A stretch of DNA of 64,000 nucleotides from an uncultured Flavobacteriales bacterium (GTDB taxonomy: Bacteria > Bacteroidota > Bacteroidia > Flavobacteriales > UBA7312), in contig CAJWWC010000001.1 in assembly GCA_913048435.1 (NCBI GenBank), forward strand, positions 25,281 to 89,280, given 5' to 3'. Numbering within the stretch: position 1 is the stretch's first letter; every line of letters starts with the position of its first letter. The notes under the pieces were generated by a model. It had not been told where the DNA came from and did not search any database. It worked only from the letters and a program-made list of their open reading frames with translations. Shown here piece by piece: positions 57,556-64,000 of this stretch. The translations under genes were made by a program, and so were the position numbers.

Positions 57556-60134
57556 TTAATAAGATGTACTTCACCCAATTTGATTTCGTTAGTTTTGGCG
57601 CCATTGTATCTTGCTTTCCAAGTGTACACACCTAGAGGGCATCTTTGCTTGTTGTAGGTGCCGTCCCAGCCTACATTGATATCGTTACTATAGAATATAA
57701 CTTCGCCCCAACGGTTCATCACCCAAAATTCAAAATCATCGCTACAGCCCAATTGTGGTATGAAAGTTTCGTTGAGCTCATCGCCATCTGGTGTGAAAGC
57801 ATTGGGCGCATAAAAAGGAATACTTCCTACTGGATTAATTTCTCTGTAAAGGACGTTTTCACATCCGAATTCATTAACTAAATTCAGTTGTATGATATAG
57901 TTACCTACTTCCGAATAGGTGTAATAGTCAGTAGTGTCTTCACTACTCACCACGCCATCACCAAAGTTCCAGCTTAAAGAATCGTATCCAGTAGAGAGGT
58001 TGATTAATTTAATTGTTTTGTCGCAGTTATTAATTTCTTCTGGCTCTGCAATGAAGTTTGGGCTTGGAAGATTATGTACCGTGAGGTAGTCTTCCAGACT
58101 TAAAGTTGCTATGCAGCCTAATTCTGTTATAACCTCTAAACTTACGTCATAACTGCCTGAGTTGGCTAAGTTCACATTAGTGGATGAGGTATTGAAATTT
58201 TGGTTGTCAATTTGCCAATTCCAAGCTACTATGGGGTCGCCATTTTGAGGTATGCTTTCATCAATAAGGCTAAATTTAGCTGGAGAACATGCCGAGTCGA
58301 TAAGAGTGCTAAATACTACAGTGGGAGGTAATTTGTATTGTACTAATACCTCGTCTGTATAGTTACAATCGGCTTGACTAGTTACAGTAACGCTATATAT
58401 TCCTTCATCGTTTACACTAATGGTTTGAGAGGTTTGCCCTGTGTTCCATATGTATGATATAGCACTGCTTCCAGCATCTAAAGAAACACCACTTGTGCCT
58501 TCACATATAGCTAAATCGGGTCCTAAAGAAAAGGTAAAATCATCAATAGTTATACTGACACTAACAGTATCTCTTCCGCCACAGCTTCCCTCTCCTGTTA
58601 CGTTATAAATGGTATTTTCAGTAGGACTAGCAGTTGGGCTGTCTGAGGTATTATCGTCCAATGTTGCAGACGGACTCCATTCGTAATTAGTACCACCACT
58701 TACATTTAGTTGTACAGATGTACCAGGACATATGGTTGTATTAGGACTAACAGTAAAATTTGCTTCACTAACAGCGTCGGAATATATTTCTATATCTCCA
58801 TAAGACATCTTTTGTCCACCATTACTACCTGTTCCAGTATAATCCACATCAATATAAATACTACTAAGTTGCACATAATCGGCATCAATTGGGTCATTAG
58901 AGTTCCCTTCTATTGGAATACCTGTTAAGCCATATACATACTCTTGTCCCGCTAAATCATTAAAACCGCTGAATCGTAAGGCATCTCCTGAGGCCCAAAT
59001 AATTTTTTCACATTCTATTTCACCATTAGAAAGTTGTTTATTTCCTAACGCTACGCCTCCCGTAGTATTATCCGCGTCATTAGGAGTATTATAATTACCA
59101 ACAGCATATTTAATTGTACGTGTCCATACATTATTGATTTTCTGATATTCAAATAGTCGTGAACTATGTGCGCCAGGAGTAAAAGGATCGTTCCAACCAC
59201 CAAATGCTCCCCAACCTCCTTGAACTTTTTCACAAACATACATTTTACCATCACTACTGAAGGTAATATCTGAAATAGGATAAGATGCTCCAACAATACT
59301 CCCCATAAAACTTCCTGTATTATCTTCTAATGTAAAGCATAAATTTTCATTTCCTATAAAATCTCCGGATGCATCCAAATCTATTGACCAAACTGAATTA
59401 TTATCACCACTTGCATCAGATAAAGAATTGTCTTCTGTCCATAATGAAAAATAAACCTTTACTCCTTCATTATCGCCATATATATTAATACCCCATAAAG
59501 CCTCACCGTGCCCACTAAAAACACCTAACTCGGTAGTATTTACATTAAAAGGGTCAAAGGTTGATAATAAATTACCTTGCATATCGAAGCGATAGATTTT
59601 ACCATCTTCAAAATTGGTAATAAACAATTGATTATTCCATTTGTCATATGCAATATTACCAAGTCCGTTTCCTTGATTAGGGATTTCATTAGTGCCATTT
59701 CCTGAAAAAATAAATGGACTTACAATCCAAGTATTTGCATCCATTTTATAAACACCTCCATCTCCGGCTAAACCTGCTGATGTGCCTGTCGAACCGCTTG
59801 AGGATATTGATTTGGTTGCACTAAAATAGATGTTTTTTTCGGCATCAATAGCAATACCAAATACATCACCCATATTGGTTCCCTTCCATGTCGCATGAAC
59901 TGCAGGATCATTAGGTATTATAAAATTTGTTTCCCAATTTTGTCCAAGAGGAGCAGATGCATTATCTTCTGTTTCATATATGCTAAAAGCATCCCAACCT
60001 CCATCAAAACCTGTCCAATGTGTAATTATACCCATTCCATTTGTCAGTGGTTGTGCAAAAGAATAAAGGGTACAAAATATTAGACAAACAAAAATTGTAA
60101 TGAAATTTATATTTGACGCGTTGTAAAACTGCAA
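57552..60134 (-). CDS. Large secreted protein with beta-propeller-like N-terminal region, PKD/Ig-like repeats and a gliding-motility-associated (type B) T9SS C-terminal domain
   Basis: 860 aa with a signal peptide, SWNFGDGVVSSEDTTDYYTYSEVGNYII (PKD) and C-terminal APNAFTPDGDELNETF...MNRWGEVIF. Apparent TTG start at 60134. Confidence 0.8.
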   Translation of the reverse strand: MQFYNASNINFITIFVCLIFCTLYSFAQPLTNGMGIITHWTGFDGGWDAFSIYETEDNASAPLGQNWETNFIIPNDPAVHATWKGTNMGDVFGIAIDAEKNIYFSATKSISSSGSTGTSAGLAGDGGVYKMDANTWIVSPFIFSGNGTNEIPNQGNGLGNIAYDKWNNQLFITNFEDGKIYRFDMQGNLLSTFDPFNVNTTELGVFSGHGEALWGINIYGDNEGVKVYFSLWTEDNSLSDASGDNNSVWSIDLDASGDFIGNENLCFTLEDNTGSFMGSIVGASYPISDITFSSDGKMYVCEKVQGGWGAFGGWNDPFTPGAHSSRLFEYQKINNVWTRTIKYAVGNYNTPNDADNTTGGVALGNKQLSNGEIECEKIIWASGDALRFSGFNDLAGQEYVYGLTGIPIEGNSNDPIDADYVQLSSIYIDVDYTGTGSNGGQKMSYGDIEIYSDAVSEANFTVSPNTTICPGTSVQLNVSGGTNYEWSPSATLDDNTSDSPTASPTENTIYNVTGEGSCGGRDTVSVSITIDDFTFSLGPDLAICEGTSGVSLDAGSSAISYIWNTGQTSQTISVNDEGIYSVTVTSQADCNYTDEVLVQYKLPPTVVFSTLIDSACSPAKFSLIDESIPQNGDPIVAWNWQIDNQNFNTSSTNVNLANSGSYDVSLEVITELGCIATLSLEDYLTVHNLPSPNFIAEPEEINNCDKTIKLINLSTGYDSLSWNFGDGVVSSEDTTDYYTYSEVGNYIIQLNLVNEFGCENVLYREINPVGSIPFYAPNAFTPDGDELNETFIPQLGCSDDFEFWVMNRWGEVIFYSNDINVGWDGTYNKQRCPLGVYTWKARYNGAKTNEIKLGEVHLIN

Positions 60135-60206
60135 GATTATAGCTTATAAATAATAATTCATAAATATAGTTATAAAATTTAATGAAAACTGTTGTCAGAA
60201 AATTAA

Positions 60207-60938
60207 TTAACTCCTTTGCGCAAAGAAATAACGCAAATCTATTGTTAAATAATTTCCCGAAATATTTAAATATTTAGCATTATTACTTGTCGGGCCTTGA
60301 GTATTAAACATATTGGTGCCATCATCAAATTCAGGGAAGCTTCTAGCCGTATTTTTCCAGGGCCTATGTAAGCTAAAACCAAAATAAAAAATTCCTTTTT
60401 TTAAGGTTCTATATTCTACTCCTAAATTAGCAATCAATGCCGATTGAGTGCGCTTTCTTCTTGAGGTACTTTGAAAGAAAAAAGAATTTTCCTCGCCAAA
60501 ACTTATGATATCTGAAGCAAAAATATTGAAGGAATTGCCAAATGCAGCATTTAAATAATATTTGTCTGAAACTTTTACATAGGACAAAACCTGAAAAGGT
60601 AATTCATAGGAACGCAAGGTGAACCTACTCAAATCTTGCAATCCTATATCACTATTATCAACACTTAATTGATACCTTCTATTGACAAGGTTCAAGCCTG
60701 TTTCAGTAGAAAAAGTAGTGTTAAAATGGTATTTTAATATCATTCCTAAGGATTGCCCAAATCGTGGCGATAATTTAAAATTGAAGTTTTCCCATTGTGC
60801 AGATTCATTACCAGCATCAAAATAGGCAGCGGGAATTATAGGCTTAAATTGTAAGCCAAAATCGAAGTTTTTGGTCTTACTTTGTCCCAATAACAGAAAT
60901 GGAACTAGCAAGAATGATATGACTGTAGATTTAGTCAT
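60207..60938 (-). CDS. Hypothetical outer-membrane beta-barrel-like protein
   Basis: About 243 aa with signal peptide MTKSTVISFLLVPFLLLGQ and alternating hydrophobic beta-strand patterning, ending ...LTIDLRYFFAQRS. The start ATG at 60938 overlaps the nifU stop by 8 nt (ATGACTAA). Confidence 0.45.
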   Translation of the reverse strand: MTKSTVISFLLVPFLLLGQSKTKNFDFGLQFKPIIPAAYFDAGNESAQWENFNFKLSPRFGQSLGMILKYHFNTTFSTETGLNLVNRRYQLSVDNSDIGLQDLSRFTLRSYELPFQVLSYVKVSDKYYLNAAFGNSFNIFASDIISFGEENSFFFQSTSRRKRTQSALIANLGVEYRTLKKGIFYFGFSLHRPWKNTARSFPEFDDGTNMFNTQGPTSNNAKYLNISGNYLTIDLRYFFAQRS

Positions 60939-61530
60939 TATCAGCAATTACTTCCACAATTTCTTCTGGCATTTCTCTTTTTAACAAACCCTCTATACCA
61001 GATTTTAATGTCATACTTGATGATGGGCAACCGCTACATGCCCCTTGTAAAGATACGGTTACGATACCTTTTTCAAATTTTTTGAGCGAGATGAATCCTC
61101 CGTCTTGTTCTACGGCCGGTCTAACATATTCATCTAATAAATCAGCAATCTTCTTTTCTATTTCACTAAACTCTCTTTTGAGTTTCTTCTTGTGAGTAAT
61201 GTTTTTGCTTTTTTTTGGTGAAGCATCTTCATTAATAATGATTCTTCCATCGACTAGATAATCCCTTATAAATTCACGCATTTCCAAAATAATATCACTC
61301 CATTCTATGCCATTCTCTTTTTTAGTGATAGAAATGAAATTATTACTGATGAATACACTTTCAACAAAAGGAAAGCTGAATAATTCCAAAGCTAAAGGAG
61401 AGGCTGAAGCCTCAGCTCTATTATTGAATTCATATATGTTTTGATTAACTAATATGCGGTTAGCCGTAAACTTCATCACCCTTGGGTTTGGTGTTGCTTC
61501 GCTGTATAGTGATGTAGGTATTTTAGTCAT
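60931..61530 (-). CDS. NifU/Nfu-type Fe-S cluster assembly protein (Nfu_N + NifU C-terminal domain)
   Basis: 199 aa with N-terminal YSEATPNPRVMKF and C-terminal CxxC motif LQGACSGCPSS. Confidence 0.8.
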   Translation of the reverse strand: MTKIPTSLYSEATPNPRVMKFTANRILVNQNIYEFNNRAEASASPLALELFSFPFVESVFISNNFISITKKENGIEWSDIILEMREFIRDYLVDGRIIINEDASPKKSKNITHKKKLKREFSEIEKKIADLLDEYVRPAVEQDGGFISLKKFEKGIVTVSLQGACSGCPSSSMTLKSGIEGLLKREMPEEIVEVIADND

Positions 61531-61544
61531 AATTAAGATTTTCG

Positions 61545-61552
61545 CAAAGTTA
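61545..61552 (-). promoter_or_regulatory. Putative -7 box TAACTTTG for nifU (14-nt spacer)
   Basis: The reverse complement of caaagtta. Confidence 0.4.
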
Positions 61553-61563
61553 CGCCATTCTTT

Positions 61564-61571
61564 TATCTTTG
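61564..61571 (+). promoter_or_regulatory. Putative -7 box TATCTTTG for the gamma-CA-like gene (11-nt spacer to GTG 61583)
   Basis: tatctttg, then ggaaataaaat, then an in-frame GTG. Confidence 0.4.
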
Positions 61572-61582
61572 GAAATAAAATT

Positions 61583-62098
61583 GTGGCTCTAATTAAAACA
61601 GTAAATGGTAAAAGCCCTATAACGGGAAAGGGTTGCTTTCTAGCAGAAAATGCGACTCTTATTGGTGATGTTGTAATGGGTGAATCTTGTAGTGTCTGGT
61701 TTAATGCTGTAGTTCGAGGCGATGTAAATTATATTAAGATGGGTGACAAGGTTAATGTTCAAGACGGGGCTGTTATTCATTGTACTTATCAAAATCACGC
61801 CACCGAAATTGGTCATAATGTATCAATTGGTCACAATGCTTTGGTTCACGGCTGTACCATTCATAACAATGTTTTGATAGGTATGGGTGCTGTCGTTATG
61901 GACGGTGTGGTGGTTGAAAACAATTCTATTATTGCTGCTGGAGCTGTTGTTTTAGAAGGTACAAAGGTTGAAAGTGGTAGTATTTATGCTGGTGTTCCAG
62001 CTAAACGGGTAAAAAGTCTTAGTCAAGAACAAACAGCTCGACTTATTGAAGGTATTGCCAACAATTATGTAATATACTCTTCTTGGTTTAGTGAATAG
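61583..62098 (+). CDS. Gamma-carbonic-anhydrase-like / left-handed beta-helix (hexapeptide repeat) protein
   Basis: Hexapeptide repeats (IGDVVMGESCSVWFNAVVRGD..., IGHNALVHGCTI, IGMGAVVMDG). The in-frame GTG at 61583 gives about 171 aa, the usual size. The track start 61454 would overlap nifU by 77 nt. Confidence 0.75.
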   Translation: MALIKTVNGKSPITGKGCFLAENATLIGDVVMGESCSVWFNAVVRGDVNYIKMGDKVNVQDGAVIHCTYQNHATEIGHNVSIGHNALVHGCTIHNNVLIGMGAVVMDGVVVENNSIIAAGAVVLEGTKVESGSIYAGVPAKRVKSLSQEQTARLIEGIANNYVIYSSWFSE

Positions 62099-62888
62099 AG
62101 CTGACCTCCTCAAGATTAATATCTTCTCCAAAAAAGAATTTAGCGGACCTCTCGAAAGAAAGGGTATAATCCGAAACGTAAAATCTATGCTTTTGACTTT
62201 GATGAGTGAGTAATTGTTTATCGATTAGAACATCTTTTATGTGTAAAGCGACTTGATTCGCAGAGTCTATAATATCTATCTCCTTAGGGTAAAAATTCCT
62301 TATTGCTTCGTAAATAAGTGGGTAATGTGTACAAGCCAAAATTAATTTATCAATTCCCTCTAGAGCTGGGTCTTTCAGGTAATTATGAACGATAGCTTGG
62401 CTAATTTTATCGTTAAAAAAGCCTTCTTCTATCATGACAGCCAATAGTGGGGTGGCTAATGATTTAACGCTAATTTTATGATTAATAGATTTTATTTTTT
62501 GAGGATAAACATTTGAATTGATTGTTCCCTTTGTTCCAATAACGCCTATAATTTTTTTGTCTATGTTGTTAGTAATGTGCTTGACTATGGGGTCTATAAC
62601 ATTTACAATTTCAATATTTGGGCATTCATTTTTTATAGTTTCGTAGGCTAATGAAGACGCCGTGTTACAGGCAATAACAATCATTTTACAATTCTTTTGC
62701 TTTAGAAAAAAAGCGATGTTTTTTGAAAATTCTTGAACTGCATGTACTGATTTTTCACCATATGGCAGGTGCTTGGTATCTCCAAAATAAAGCAAACCTT
62801 CATTGGGTAAAAGTGAGCGAATCGCTTTAGCTACTGTAAGACCTCCTATTCCTGAGTCAAAAACACCTATTGGATTGTTCTCATTCAT
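62088..62888 (-). CDS. murI: Glutamate racemase
   Basis: 266 aa. GVFDSGIGGLTV, IVIACNTAS, LACTHYPL. Confidence 0.9.
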   Translation of the reverse strand: MNENNPIGVFDSGIGGLTVAKAIRSLLPNEGLLYFGDTKHLPYGEKSVHAVQEFSKNIAFFLKQKNCKMIVIACNTASSLAYETIKNECPNIEIVNVIDPIVKHITNNIDKKIIGVIGTKGTINSNVYPQKIKSINHKISVKSLATPLLAVMIEEGFFNDKISQAIVHNYLKDPALEGIDKLILACTHYPLIYEAIRNFYPKEIDIIDSANQVALHIKDVLIDKQLLTHQSQKHRFYVSDYTLSFERSAKFFFGEDINLEEVSSIH

Positions 62889-62904
62889 TTTTTAAAAGTA
62901 ATAG

Positions 62905-62933
62905 CATAAAAAAAGCAGTTTATAAAACTGCTT
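62905..62933 (-). terminator. Rho-independent terminator after the downstream skp/ompH gene
   Basis: AAGCAGTTT-ata-AAACTGCTT forms a 9-bp perfect stem, followed on the minus strand by TTTTTT. Confidence 0.75.
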
Positions 62934-62954
62934 TATTAAATGATATTAAAATTG

Positions 62955-63452
62955 TTATAAGCCTAGTTTCGACTTTACTAAATTTATTATATTTTCACTT
63001 TCTGCAGCGTATAAAAAACCTCCAGATCCTGAGTCAAATATATAAGTAAAATTACCTTCTTCAGCAACATCGTCAATAGCCTTCATGGCTTTTTCTCTAA
63101 TTGGAGTAAAAAGTTCGGCTTCTTTTTCAGCTAATGATTGTTGAGCATTTTTTTGAAATTCAACTACACGTTGTTGAATATTTTCAATTTCTCTAATCTT
63201 ATCCTCTTTTACTATATCAGTGTATGTTGACTCATTTTGTTGGTATTCAACTACTTTTTTTTCATATTCTGCTTGCATGGCAGTCAACTGAGTTTCTAAG
63301 CCTTTTGCATAAGATTGTAATTCTTCCTGCATTGATTGACTCTCTGGCATCATAGCCAATAGCTCATTTGAATTAAGATAACCAAACTTATTTTGAGCTT
63401 GTGTTGATAAAATTGTGGTTAAGAACAATAGATTTAAGAGTATTTTTTTCAT
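62955..63452 (-). CDS. OmpH/Skp family periplasmic chaperone
   Basis: 165 aa with a signal peptide and a coiled-coil-rich sequence containing FGYLNSNELL. Confidence 0.8.
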   Translation of the reverse strand: MKKILLNLLFLTTILSTQAQNKFGYLNSNELLAMMPESQSMQEELQSYAKGLETQLTAMQAEYEKKVVEYQQNESTYTDIVKEDKIREIENIQQRVVEFQKNAQQSLAEKEAELFTPIREKAMKAIDDVAEEGNFTYIFDSGSGGFLYAAESENIINLVKSKLGL

Positions 63453-63478
63453 TTTTTTTAATATTTAAATTAATGACT

Positions 63479-63988
63479 TTATTTGTATCCTAAAATATTT
63501 AAGATATCATCACTTTTATCAAGGCTAGTATTACTAAAAAGCATGATTAAATTACTAGATTTATCAAAGATAATATCATATCTTTTTTCGTTGGAGAAAT
63601 CTCTAATTGCATTATATACTTTATCTTGTATAGGCTGAATTAATTCTTTTCGTTTTGTATATAAATCACCTTCAGGACCAAACCTTTTTCTTTGTAATTC
63701 TTTAGCGTCTTTTTCTTTATTTATGATTTCACCTTCTCTCTTGTTTTTCATTTCTTGAGTAAGCAAAACTTTATCTGCTTGATATTTTTTGTAGAGCTGA
63801 TCGATTTCTTGATACAACTCTTCTATTTCCTCTTGCCAATTTAATGATAATTTATCAAGCTGATCTTGAGCAGAGACATATTCAGGCATGCGTTCAAGTA
63901 TGTAATCGGAATCGACATAGGCAAACTTTTGTGCATAGACACTTAAAGTCGCAATTGACATTATAAAAATAAAAATTAATTTTTTCAT
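63479..63988 (-). CDS. OmpH/Skp family periplasmic chaperone (tandem paralogue)
   Basis: 169 aa with a signal peptide and a coiled-coil-rich sequence containing FAYVDSDYILERMPEY. Confidence 0.8.
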   Translation of the reverse strand: MKKLIFIFIMSIATLSVYAQKFAYVDSDYILERMPEYVSAQDQLDKLSLNWQEEIEELYQEIDQLYKKYQADKVLLTQEMKNKREGEIINKEKDAKELQRKRFGPEGDLYTKRKELIQPIQDKVYNAIRDFSNEKRYDIIFDKSSNLIMLFSNTSLDKSDDILNILGYK

Positions 63989-64000
63989 TGATGCAAAAGT

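Overview
This 64-kb window is a very gene-dense chromosomal core region (about 57 CDS, 1 tRNA) from a low-GC member of the Bacteroidota, probably Flavobacteriia-like. The phylum call rests on type-A and type-B T9SS C-terminal sorting domains, a PorP/SprF gene, TAnnTTTG-type promoter boxes and the Bacteroidota-style L13 N-terminus MDTLSYKT. I saw no rRNA, CRISPR array, transposase, integrase or phage genes.

Most genes are housekeeping:
- Replication, translation and RNA modification: dnaG, leuS, the rplM-rpsI-rpsB-tsf-pyrH-frr block, rbfA, rlmN, queA, truB, dusB, and an RluF-like gene.
- Isoprenoid metabolism: ispB, ispD, ispG, uppP, and a second prenyl synthase.
- Central metabolism: sucAB, gdhA, kbl, ansA, and a tryptophan 2,3-dioxygenase.
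- Envelope: ftsX, an exbB-exbD-exbD cluster, a TonB-dependent receptor, two skp/ompH genes, and murI.

The signals I consider most worth a second look are these:
1. A perfect 41-bp palindrome (3248-3288) contains both start codons and mirrored -7 boxes of the divergent rlmN/amidohydrolase pair.
2. A -7 box (TAnnTTTG) lies only 3-8 nt from the start codon at about 10 genes. Divergent spacers are ultra-short (31-56 bp) and most convergent gene pairs overlap at their 3' ends. Together these imply widespread leaderless transcription and almost no dedicated regulatory DNA.
3. A translationally coupled cassette encodes a type-B T9SS cargo, a PorP/SprF protein and a PorE-like (TPR/PD40/OmpA) protein.
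4. A 742-751 aa PNGase F-like protein carries a type-A T9SS sorting domain.
5. An MMPL/RND exporter, rfbA and a short-chain prenyl synthase form a tightly packed operon.
6. A compositionally aberrant GT9 glycosyltransferase (about 20-23% GC) overlaps its convergent neighbour by 27 nt.

All family assignments come from motif recognition by eye. No database search was possible.
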